Positions 8,382 to 17,173 of a DNA stretch of 56,751 nucleotides are shown here, piece after piece. Position numbers and translations under genes: made by a program. The notes beneath the pieces are model-generated. The model was not told the origin of the DNA. It was given only the letters and a program-made list of their open reading frames with translations, and made no database searches. Position 1 is the stretch's first letter, and each line of letters opens with the position of its first letter. Origin of the DNA: an uncultured virus (IMG/VR IMGVR_UViG_3300023210_000012) (Duplodnaviria > Heunggongvirae > Uroviricota > Caudoviricetes); IMG/VR virus record IMGVR_UViG_3300023210_000012. One strand, written 5' to 3'.

Positions 8382-10493
8382 ATGCTCAGTAAAGGCGGAT
8401 CACACGGGGGAGGAGTAAAGCGGCAGCCGCGCTTCCAGAAGATCGTCAACACGGTAGCGGATCTCCCATCTGCGCTCGATACAGAACCTGGAACACGCAT
8501 CATCGTGCGGGAGTCGGAAGAGGTCTTTGGCCTGGACAAGACCACCCGCATGTGGTCAGTCATCGGAACTCTGAAGAAGGTTGGCGGCAAGCTCCCAGAA
8601 GAACTTGCGGACCATGTCGACTCCGAGGGGAACCCTCACAAGACAACGCTCCAAGACATCGTTGGAGATGGCGCGTCGGTAAAGGTCCCCAAGGGCGTTG
8701 CCCTCTCGGGCAAAAATAAGGCCGACCAACTGCGCATCATGTCTGGTGACACCGTCCTACGGGTCGGCCTAGACGCCGGAAATAAAGAAGGCCTCCTGTG
8801 GGTCAACGCCGGTAACGGCGCCCAAACCGTCCTCCGCGTTGTAGGCGGCAAGGGCTCGGACTTGTTCGTGGTATCCGGGGACGGCTCACTGAAGTCGTCA
8901 GGCGCCGCACAATTCGCCGGTGGGTTCAAGGGACCAGCCGCCTTTGACGACGAAATCACCGCGTCAGAGGGACTCTACGGCGCCAAGGGGCACGACCTGG
9001 TTCTCGGTGCGGACAAAGGCACCATTTTCATGGTTGGCAAACAGATCAAGGCGCAGCTCACTTCGAGTGGCCTGAATCTGTCTGGCTCACTTGATGTGAA
9101 AAACCACCTCTCTGTTGGTGGGACCGTGCGGTCCAGCCTGAACCCGAACCCGTCCAGGAGTCTCACGCTAGGCGTGCCCCTATCTCGGTGGAAGTCGGCC
9201 GCACTTGTTGATCTCGACATCAGCGGCGGAGCGGTGTTCCAGATCGCTTCTAACTCGAAGCAGTCTCCACTAAAGATTCTCGGATCGGCCCCCGGAAACT
9301 CTCTTATCGTCTCCCCAACCGGCCAGCTTGGACTTGGAACTGAGTCCCCTGAAGGACGTCTTGATGTTCGCGGTGACATCCTAGTCGGAGACGGGACCTC
9401 TCGTCTCAAGCTGACAAGCGGAGAGATTACCGGAGGCTCATGGGGCGCTGTATTCGGCGACGAATTCGTTCTGAGGGACGGGGATAGCGCCCGTCTGCGG
9501 GTCAACGATGACGGCACAACCATCTTTGGTGGCGCCAAAGTCCAGGGCGACCTAATCGTGCTCGGCCAGATATCGATCGATGGGATCTCCGGTCACGCCG
9601 ATGAGAGCATGACCTTCTCGAATGGCGCTACCTCCTACAAGGCTAGGTCGCACACCTTCTCAGGTGCGGTCCGCGTATCGTCCGACACCAGCACACCGTT
9701 TGAGGTGGCTGGAGGCTTTGCCTCTACGGATGGGGATCTAGTCGGGGTTGGCGGGGCTCTGAAGAAGTGGAGCTCGCTGACAGTTAAGAAGTTCGTCTCC
9801 GTAGCCGATACGGGTTACAGGTCGGGCAGCATTTCTCACCCTGTCGACTTCGCTATCGATGCACCGGTCCTGGTGACCAACAACCTCCAGTTGCTTAAGT
9901 CTCCGAAGATCGAGGTCAGCAACACGCTGCGCCTGCAGGGAGCGGGGGGCTCTGCCACGTTCTCGATGGGTGGGCCCAACTGCGGACTCTCCTTTGAGGG
10001 CAAGAGCTGGGAGCTGCTTGGTGTGTCGAAACTGGATGCCGGTGAAGTCAAGGCCAAGGCGCTTGGCGTTGCTGGCGGCGCCAGTTTCTGTGATGACAAA
10101 GTCGTTTTCGAGAAGAGCGGGGTTCACCTTTCGTGCGATCTTGCAGTAGGTGGACTCGTATTCAAGAGTCACACAGAAGAGCTCGATCTCAGCAAGGGCA
10201 ACAGCACTAGTTTCGAGATCCCGGCCGGTGTTCGAGTCGAGGCCGTGATGGTCAAGCTCGTGACCGACGTTGGCGGGGTTCGCTTCCTGATGGTCGGAGA
10301 CACTGCAGACCCGAACAGGTTCTCAGGGCCGAGCACCGATCTCGCTGGTGGCGCGTTGATCTATGGCATGGACCACTGGGCTCAAAGTCGCATGGTTCAG
10401 AAGAGTAAAGCACCAATCATTGTGTCCGGAGACGCCCCAGCAAGTGGAATCGTTTCCGTCACTATTCATTATGTTGATCCCGCCGCTCTCTAA
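8382..10493 (+). CDS. Putative tail fibre-like structural protein
   Basis: 703 aa, Gly-rich beta repeats, GQLGLGTESPEGRLDVRG fibre-type motif. Confidence 0.6.
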   Translation: MLSKGGSHGGGVKRQPRFQKIVNTVADLPSALDTEPGTRIIVRESEEVFGLDKTTRMWSVIGTLKKVGGKLPEELADHVDSEGNPHKTTLQDIVGDGASVKVPKGVALSGKNKADQLRIMSGDTVLRVGLDAGNKEGLLWVNAGNGAQTVLRVVGGKGSDLFVVSGDGSLKSSGAAQFAGGFKGPAAFDDEITASEGLYGAKGHDLVLGADKGTIFMVGKQIKAQLTSSGLNLSGSLDVKNHLSVGGTVRSSLNPNPSRSLTLGVPLSRWKSAALVDLDISGGAVFQIASNSKQSPLKILGSAPGNSLIVSPTGQLGLGTESPEGRLDVRGDILVGDGTSRLKLTSGEITGGSWGAVFGDEFVLRDGDSARLRVNDDGTTIFGGAKVQGDLIVLGQISIDGISGHADESMTFSNGATSYKARSHTFSGAVRVSSDTSTPFEVAGGFASTDGDLVGVGGALKKWSSLTVKKFVSVADTGYRSGSISHPVDFAIDAPVLVTNNLQLLKSPKIEVSNTLRLQGAGGSATFSMGGPNCGLSFEGKSWELLGVSKLDAGEVKAKALGVAGGASFCDDKVVFEKSGVHLSCDLAVGGLVFKSHTEELDLSKGNSTSFEIPAGVRVEAVMVKLVTDVGGVRFLMVGDTADPNRFSGPSTDLAGGALIYGMDHWAQSRMVQKSKAPIIVSGDAPASGIVSVTIHYVDPAAL

Positions 10494-10565
10494 GGAGTCC
10501 ACGTAGGCACAAGACACGTCAGAGGAGCATCAGCTGAGTTAGACTGGGGGTTCCAGGGATAGATT

Positions 10566-11831
10566 ATGGGCACCTTCGGCCTCGGCGGACTACATAGAAA
10601 GAGCACGTGGCTCTACCCAGTACCCACGTTCGGGGACCTTCCCGTATCGTGCGTCGACGGGTCTGTGGTCGTCGTCAAAGACACCAACCTTCTCTATCAA
10701 TGTGATGCTGGTGTCTGGATTCCTGTCGGTGGGGGCGGTAGCGGCAGCATTAACTCGCACTGGGATCCTGTCCGAGTCACCTCAGTCGGGAACATCGTCC
10801 TCTCAGGTGAGCAGGTTATTGATGGCGTTCTCACGAGTGCGGACCGCGTATTGGTTAATGGTCAAGCGGTTCCAGCTGACAACGGCATTTATGTGTCCGA
10901 CGCAGGAGCCTGGGTCCGCTCTACAGATGCCGACACTGACGCAGAGATCCTCGCAGCAAAGCTGGTCTCGGTCAGTGAGGGCACCGCATACAGCGATTCG
11001 CTCTGGATCCTAACTACCAACAATCCGATCACAGTTGGCGCTACCGGCCTGTCCTTCGCTGAGATCAAGAGCGCCACTGGTGGCAGCAATGCTCACTGGG
11101 ATCCTGCTCGGGTAGCCACAACCGGCAACATCACCCTCTCAGGTGAGCAAGTCATCGACGGTGTTCTGACTAGTGCCTATCGGGTGCTGGTTAAGAACCA
11201 GACCACTGCCAGCGAGAATGGTATCTACGTTTCTGATGCAGGAGCTTGGGTCCGAGCCGTTGATGCTGATGCTGACCCAGAGGTTGTTGGCGCCAAGATG
11301 GTCTCGGTCAGTGAGGGAACCGCGCACGGGGACACCCTCTGGCAGCTAACGACTAACGATCCGATCACAGTCGGAGTTACCGGTCTCACTTTTACCGAGA
11401 ATCAGAGCACTGGCGGGGGCGGCGGAGGCGGCGGAAGCACCGTTACTCTGGGTTATCGTGGGGTCATTCCGGCTTCCACTACCTTCCAATACCTCAGCGT
11501 TTGGGGTCCGACCGCGTCGTCCGATGTCGGGTTTACGCCGATGGCTGCATCAACGCTAATCGGCTGCTCGATTACGGTAAACCTCGCCCATCCGACGAAT
11601 ACTTACACATTAGAGATTATGGAGGACCCTACAGGTCGCCAGGGGACCGGACCTCTCGTGCTGGGATCAATCGTGCTCTCGCCGACTGACCGAAACAACG
11701 AACGACGAAATCTATCCGTGGCAATTGGGCTGGGTGTCGAAATTGGGGCCCGAGTTCGACGGACAGGCGGTTCTGGTAATTCTAATCCCATCAAGAGCAT
11801 CATTGGTGCGCTAGAATACACAACGCCATGA
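10566..11831 (+). CDS. Putative fibre/decoration protein with a duplicated domain
   Basis: Two copies of HWDP.RV...GNI.LSGEQVIDGVLTSA.RVLV..Q....NGIYV, a common phage structural domain. Confidence 0.75.
   Translation: MGTFGLGGLHRKSTWLYPVPTFGDLPVSCVDGSVVVVKDTNLLYQCDAGVWIPVGGGGSGSINSHWDPVRVTSVGNIVLSGEQVIDGVLTSADRVLVNGQAVPADNGIYVSDAGAWVRSTDADTDAEILAAKLVSVSEGTAYSDSLWILTTNNPITVGATGLSFAEIKSATGGSNAHWDPARVATTGNITLSGEQVIDGVLTSAYRVLVKNQTTASENGIYVSDAGAWVRAVDADADPEVVGAKMVSVSEGTAHGDTLWQLTTNDPITVGVTGLTFTENQSTGGGGGGGGSTVTLGYRGVIPASTTFQYLSVWGPTASSDVGFTPMAASTLIGCSITVNLAHPTNTYTLEIMEDPTGRQGTGPLVLGSIVLSPTDRNNERRNLSVAIGLGVEIGARVRRTGGSGNSNPIKSIIGALEYTTP
10756..11400 (+). repeat. Internal direct repeat (two copies of about 310 bp) encoding the duplicated domain
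   Basis: CACTGGGATCCTG...CTCTCAGGTGAGCA recurs near 10758 and 11094. Confidence 0.8.
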
Positions 11832-12205
11832 CCTTCAGAACCCTCACAATCACTACTCACCCGTCTACAGGTAGTCCTGTCATCATCCCGGACTTGGGAT
11901 TCGACGTCCCGGCTGCAGCTGCGACACCTGTCAGCATCACTGATCCAGTGCTCCTAGACAACGCGGCAAATTCCGATTCGTTACGGACTTTAGCAACTGA
12001 TGCGGCTTTCCCATCCGGGTTTGGTACGATCAGCCTAGACGATGGCGGAAGGCCTATTCCTCCGTCTCTCGTATCTGCACGTCTCGACGCCCTTTCAAGG
12101 TTTGAGGAGGATTGGATTGTTGTCGCTTCTGGACCGCTCACCAGCCTTCACGAGACAACTGTGGTTACGGCCGGGGGTGATGCGGTAGTGGCTACCGGAC
12201 CATGA
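11828..12205 (+). CDS. Hypothetical structural protein
   Basis: ATGA overlaps at both ends within the structural operon. Confidence 0.7.
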   Translation: MTFRTLTITTHPSTGSPVIIPDLGFDVPAAAATPVSITDPVLLDNAANSDSLRTLATDAAFPSGFGTISLDDGGRPIPPSLVSARLDALSRFEEDWIVVASGPLTSLHETTVVTAGGDAVVATGP

Positions 12206-12786
12206 CTGAGCACCGCGATCTACCTCCGGTTCACTGGCACGGCAACACGTTTGTCGGCGCTGCCGGTACACCCGTAGGCTCGGTCACTCCGGACCAGATT
12301 GGTCAGACCTATCGCAATACGACCGACGACTCGATTTGGATGGCCACCGGGTTTACAGACTCGGACTGGGTCCAGATATTCCCGATCCTTGTGCCTAGTG
12401 GACTCCTGCTCACAGACCAGGGCTCCTCAGACGGAACGTCCATCTCCAACGGAACAACAGCGTTTCAGGTCAAACTAGCCTTTGCCCCCACTGGGGCACC
12501 ATTTACAGGCACATTTAGATTGGGTTGGAGTTCTGAATTCTCACACACTCCAGCAGGCGGCGATACCGAATGTCAGGTAGTGCGGACCGATGGTGGTTCG
12601 ACCGTGCTGGGCTACGCCGAGGAGGAAGCCCAAGACGGCGATGACTGGAATTCCTTTTCGGGGTTCATCTACGTCGTACTCGCCGCTGAAACACCCACCT
12701 TTGAATTACAATACCGAACTGTCCAGGCACTACAGAATGGACTGATCCGCAGGACTCGCTTTGAGTTCTTTGAGGTGGCGACCTAA
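12202..12786 (+). CDS. Putative structural protein; C-terminal domain shared with 19721..21409
   Basis: FQVKL...TGTFRLGW...FELQYR versus FQTKI...TGTYRVGW...FELQYR. Confidence 0.7.
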   Translation: MTEHRDLPPVHWHGNTFVGAAGTPVGSVTPDQIGQTYRNTTDDSIWMATGFTDSDWVQIFPILVPSGLLLTDQGSSDGTSISNGTTAFQVKLAFAPTGAPFTGTFRLGWSSEFSHTPAGGDTECQVVRTDGGSTVLGYAEEEAQDGDDWNSFSGFIYVVLAAETPTFELQYRTVQALQNGLIRRTRFEFFEVAT

Positions 12787-13445
12787 TGTCGGTCCATAAT
12801 TATGTAATCAGCACGGACTTCGGATGGCCAGGATCCCCTGCACAGGTCACCGACTACGTCTACCCTTCTCAGCTCAACCAGGAGATCGAAGACTCGCTCG
12901 GGTTTGCAGCCGACACCATCTTCGTTGACGAAGACGCTGATGATGTAGAGATCACGTTTACGGCTGTTTTAACGGGTCCACAGGTCACCGCCCTAGACGC
13001 TGTAGTCGCGGCCCACACCCCAGTTGACCCGACACCAGAGGACCCAACCGAGGGCAGGCCTGGAGTTATCTCGCGTCTATACGAGACGGGTGTTGCCGTT
13101 AGAGACGTGGTCTACCAGAAGGCCAACGGGAAAGTCGAGAAGGCCTCGTGCGCCACTGTAGCTACCTCGATCCTCGCTGGGTTTGTCGAGCAAATCGACG
13201 TTCCAATGGTCGGTTACGCCGTTATTCGCTACCTGGGCGATCTAGAGGGATTTACCGGCCTAACCGTTGGTGAAATTTATCTGCTCGGCCAGACCGCCGG
13301 GTTAATTGTCGAAGAAACAGACACCGTAGACGTAGACTATCCAGACGAAACACCACAAAGCGGCCATACACGATACAAGGTGGGTTTGGCCGCATCAGCT
13401 AGTAAGCTATGGGTGGACATCAGTAGGGGATTCGATGAATACTAA
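12786..13445 (+). CDS. Putative structural protein with a DUF2190-like C-terminal domain
   Basis: VRDVVY...GLTVGEIYLL...KVGLA pattern; N-terminus resembles 21409..21999. Confidence 0.65.
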   Translation: MSVHNYVISTDFGWPGSPAQVTDYVYPSQLNQEIEDSLGFAADTIFVDEDADDVEITFTAVLTGPQVTALDAVVAAHTPVDPTPEDPTEGRPGVISRLYETGVAVRDVVYQKANGKVEKASCATVATSILAGFVEQIDVPMVGYAVIRYLGDLEGFTGLTVGEIYLLGQTAGLIVEETDTVDVDYPDETPQSGHTRYKVGLAASASKLWVDISRGFDEY

Positions 13446-13481
13446 TCCCTGTTATGATGCCACTTCCGTGGAGGAACACAG

Positions 13482-15977
13482 ATGGCTGACGTAATTCTTC
13501 TCAAGAGAGCCGCCGGTAAGGGCCACCTTACCTCTCTCGCCGAGGGCACCGACGATGCTGTTCTGAGCAGTCTCGTAAGGCGCACCACCGGCGTGACTAC
13601 CCTCTGGAATGAGGCGTTCACCACGGGAATCACCATTGGTGGTTCGGTGCAGACCACTGGCTCGCTCTTCGATGGTGTGTTGATGGACACGCTAACCGTC
13701 GGCGCAGGCATGGGTGTCGGCGACAACCTCACACTAGGCGGGGCGGGTTCAACCGTAACCGTCAGCGGTGACCTGGTTGTGAGCGGGACCACTGTCTCGG
13801 TCGACTCCGAGGTGGTCAACATCGCCGACAACCACCTCTACCTGAACAAGGACTACACCACGGTCGCGGCCCAGACTGGCGGGCTCGTAGTCAACTACCT
13901 GCCCACAGCGACCGCCTCCACGACGGACACAGGTGGGTTTGCCACCACGTCCACGGTCAATGTGGTCGACGGAACGGCGATTGCCGCCGGTGACTTCATC
14001 CAGGTAAGCGGCGCAGCCATCGCCGCTAACGACGGCCTCTACGAGGTCCTGTCCGTCGCCGCCGGTGGTGACCCGGACATCATCACGATCGACACCACCC
14101 CAACCCACTCCTTCTCGCAAACAGCCTTCACGGTTGATGCGACGGACACCACGGCCACGATCACAAAGGTCACGGTCTCGGCAATCCAGTCCGGAACAGA
14201 CGGCATTTGGGAGACTGGCGCCGGTTCCACGGTCGGCGCTCTGGTTTTCACGGACCTGGCCTCGGCCGCCGGTTCTACGCTGCAGGCGTCCTACGTCGCT
14301 GGTAACACGATCTCGATGACGGACGCCGAGGGAGACTTCGACGTCTCCGTCACGTCTGGCACACCGGCGATTAGCCTCGACGCCGCTGATGCCTCGAACT
14401 TCACGGTGGCCAGCGGTAACCTCACGCTGAGCACGACCACCTCTGGTGCGATTGACGTCACGAGTGCGGGAATCCTCGACCTCGACGCTGCTGGCGCTCT
14501 CTCGGTCAACAGCTCGGGCGGCGCGATCAACGTCGGTGACGACGCCAACGCTCAGGCGATCAACATTGGAACGGCGGCGGCCCGCACAATCACCATTGGT
14601 AACGCCTCAGCCACTGAGGTTCAGGTCGACGCCCTTCTGGTCGACATCAATGCTGGTGCGACCGGCATGACAGTCGACAGCGCCGCAGGCGTTGCGATCG
14701 AGGCCGACACGGCTTCTACCTTCAACGTCACCACCGGCCCGCTGACCCTTAGCACGACCACTTCTGGCGACCTGACTCTCTCGACCGTAACCGCAGGCAA
14801 CATTCTTCTGAGTGGTGCAGCTGAGATCGACCTGGACGCCGCCGGTCTGATCGACATCAACGCAGGCGCCAACCTCGACATTGACGTCACTGGCACCTAC
14901 GACATGCTCGCCACGAGCACGTTCAGCATCGACGGAACGGGCGCCAGCAACGTCTCGGCCACTTCTGGCAACCTGTCTCTTCAGACGGTGAGCTCGGGAA
15001 CCCTGATCCTGGGGTCGGCCGGTGCGGTCACCATCGACGCCAGCGCCGCAAACGACTCCGGTGTCAGCATCGACGCCTTCGGTGACTCGAACCTGACGGC
15101 CACCAACACGGCAGCTTCGACCAACATCACCCAGACGATCACGGTCGACAACACCGGCGCCATTGCTGGCGACTCCACCCTGGATATCAACGCCACGAGC
15201 ACCAACGGCTCGGGCGTCATTGATATTGATGCTGACGACACGATCACCGTCGACACGCTCGCCTCGGGCACGATCAGCATTGGGGCAGACGCCGTTGCTG
15301 GCACGCTGAACTTCGGAACCGGTGCTGCGGCCAAGACCCTCACCATTGGCTCGCTGACCACGACGTCCTCGCTTCTGCTCCAGTCTGGTGCAACCGGGGA
15401 TATCACTTTCGACGGCAACACCATGACGACGCCGTTGCCGTTCAACGGAACGACATCAGGCGACACGGGTAACCAGGATCTCTCCTCTAGCTTCACGGCA
15501 ACCACACTTGTCGGTGTCCTGAACGAGTTGAAGGAAGCTGGAGAGGCTGACGCCGTCATCAGTGATCTGATCACTACTGGCCTGGCCATTGGAAACCCCG
15601 TTTACATTACAACGACCGACGACACTACGGCCGCGACCCAGGCCGACGTTCTAGCTACCTCTGAGGCTTTCGTCGGAATCGTTCGGACAATCGGGGCGCT
15701 CGGCACCGGTGAGGTCGTCACATCTGGAACGGCCTCGGCCCTGGTCGAAGCAGGGCTCACTACCACCGACTACCCAGTTGCTGGTGACCCGGTTTACCTG
15801 TCTGAGCTTGTGGCCGGGCGCGTTACGACCATCGCCCCGTCTGGTAACCCCCAGTCAGGTGAGGTGATCTACCAGATCGGCTACGTGCGGAACGACACGG
15901 GCCTAACCGCCACCACGACCGGAGCCTCCGATCTGCTCAACATTGAGCTGCGTCCCGGCACGTTTATCGAGTTGTAA
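13482..15977 (+). CDS. Long Thr/Ala/Gly-rich fibre-like structural protein
   Basis: 831 aa, GGAGG RBS, repetitive beta-strand pattern, DUF2190-like C-terminus (GDPVYLS...QIGYV). Confidence 0.75.
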   Translation: MADVILLKRAAGKGHLTSLAEGTDDAVLSSLVRRTTGVTTLWNEAFTTGITIGGSVQTTGSLFDGVLMDTLTVGAGMGVGDNLTLGGAGSTVTVSGDLVVSGTTVSVDSEVVNIADNHLYLNKDYTTVAAQTGGLVVNYLPTATASTTDTGGFATTSTVNVVDGTAIAAGDFIQVSGAAIAANDGLYEVLSVAAGGDPDIITIDTTPTHSFSQTAFTVDATDTTATITKVTVSAIQSGTDGIWETGAGSTVGALVFTDLASAAGSTLQASYVAGNTISMTDAEGDFDVSVTSGTPAISLDAADASNFTVASGNLTLSTTTSGAIDVTSAGILDLDAAGALSVNSSGGAINVGDDANAQAINIGTAAARTITIGNASATEVQVDALLVDINAGATGMTVDSAAGVAIEADTASTFNVTTGPLTLSTTTSGDLTLSTVTAGNILLSGAAEIDLDAAGLIDINAGANLDIDVTGTYDMLATSTFSIDGTGASNVSATSGNLSLQTVSSGTLILGSAGAVTIDASAANDSGVSIDAFGDSNLTATNTAASTNITQTITVDNTGAIAGDSTLDINATSTNGSGVIDIDADDTITVDTLASGTISIGADAVAGTLNFGTGAAAKTLTIGSLTTTSSLLLQSGATGDITFDGNTMTTPLPFNGTTSGDTGNQDLSSSFTATTLVGVLNELKEAGEADAVISDLITTGLAIGNPVYITTTDDTTAATQADVLATSEAFVGIVRTIGALGTGEVVTSGTASALVEAGLTTTDYPVAGDPVYLSELVAGRVTTIAPSGNPQSGEVIYQIGYVRNDTGLTATTTGASDLLNIELRPGTFIEL

Positions 15978-15981
15978 GCCA

Positions 15982-16017
15982 CAAGTAACCCAGTTCTCGG
16001 CTAGGCTGGGTTACTTG
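15982..16017 (+). terminator. Hairpin, probable terminator
   Basis: Perfect 12-bp inverted repeat CAAGTAACCCAG / CTGGGTTACTTG just after the stop. Confidence 0.65.
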
Positions 16018-16043
16018 ATCCCTGCTCTAGCACTGGTGGGTGA

Positions 16044-16649
16044 ATGGCTGTTCTGCTCGAAGGAATTGGCGACGACTGGGTGGTCATGAGACGAGAAGGG
16101 GGAAGTCCTGAACTTCTGACCTTCTCGTCCATGTCTGATTTCAGGGCCCAGGCCACCAGGATGCTCGCTAAGGCTGAGCAGACCCGGTCCGTAAAGCGAA
16201 CCCCGGTCAAGCTGCCACAGGCATCACAAGCACCTCCTCCGCCTCCTCTGTCGGCGGTGATCGGAGCCGCGAAGCCGACTGTGTTCCGCGAGCCGGAGAA
16301 GAGGCAGAAGAAGCAATACCCGCCTCTGCCAGATGATGCGGACTGCAGGAAGTGCGGGGCATGCTGCGGTCCCAGGGACCAGCGGAAAGACACACACGCG
16401 GCGCTTGAGCCAGAGGATGTGGCCAATATCCCCTCGGTAATGCGTAAGACGCTGATTGTCAGAGACGGTGGTCACCCATACATCAAGACCAAGAAAAACG
16501 CCGATGGTCACACAGTTTGCGCCGCTCTCAGCGGGTCGATTGGCAAGTCGTGCAAGTGCGGCATCTACAGCAAACGCCCAATGGTGTGCGTTATCTTCGA
16601 GAAGGGAAGTGAGGAGTGTCTCGCAGCACGGGCGAGCTTTGGAGTATGA
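16044..16649 (+). CDS. YkgJ/CxxCxxCC family cysteine-cluster protein with N-terminal extension
   Basis: CRKCGACC...CAALSG..GKSCKCGIYSKRPMVC. Confidence 0.82.
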   Translation: MAVLLEGIGDDWVVMRREGGSPELLTFSSMSDFRAQATRMLAKAEQTRSVKRTPVKLPQASQAPPPPPLSAVIGAAKPTVFREPEKRQKKQYPPLPDDADCRKCGACCGPRDQRKDTHAALEPEDVANIPSVMRKTLIVRDGGHPYIKTKKNADGHTVCAALSGSIGKSCKCGIYSKRPMVCVIFEKGSEECLAARASFGV

Positions 16650-16653
16650 TGTG

Positions 16654-16691
16654 GATGGTAGACTCACCCGCAGATGGTAGACTCACCCGCA
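16654..16691 (+). repeat. Perfect 19-bp tandem duplication containing TGG-TAGACT (extended -10-like)
   Basis: GATGGTAGACTCACCCGCA at 16654-16672 and 16673-16691. Confidence 0.9.
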
Positions 16692-16731
16692 TCAGGCAGT
16701 AGGCGGAGATACACATGACAAGGGATTACGC

Positions 16732-17157
16732 ATGTCGAAGCGCAAGCGCAAGAGGACATCAGTGAAGAATCGAATCAATGGCGCAGCCAACAACGAGGGA
16801 CTCGGAGGGGTCAGTAAGCCCTCTCAGCCGACTCCAGAATTCGAGAGGGTTCCTGCTACCGATGCTGCGTGGGAGGCTGGCCAGCTACATGAGGCTCGTG
16901 CGGACAACTGCGAGCTCCGGCAGAAGCTCCTTGAGCAGGAACAGCTCATCATCAAGAAGGATCAGCTGATCATCGCGCTTCGTCAGAAGGTCCACGACAA
17001 CGACCTGAAGGCTCTGGAGACAAAGCGGACCGAGGTCAACGACGCGAACACCAAGCTGCGCGAGGACTACGGCCTCGTCGTAGGACGACAGCTCAAGAAG
17101 GATCCCAAAACGGGAGAGGTTTACTGGCTCGTCGCAAGGTCCGAAGAACAGAAGTAA
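16732..17157 (+). CDS. Small coiled-coil protein
   Basis: Heptad-like stretch ELRQKLLEQEQLIIKKDQLIIALRQK. Confidence 0.75.
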   Translation: MSKRKRKRTSVKNRINGAANNEGLGGVSKPSQPTPEFERVPATDAAWEAGQLHEARADNCELRQKLLEQEQLIIKKDQLIIALRQKVHDNDLKALETKRTEVNDANTKLREDYGLVVGRQLKKDPKTGEVYWLVARSEEQK

Positions 17158-17173
17158 GGTCTGAGGCTGTTAC

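Noticed and set aside
16654..16691. CRISPR array
   Set aside because: Two abutting copies with no spacer, and no cas genes.
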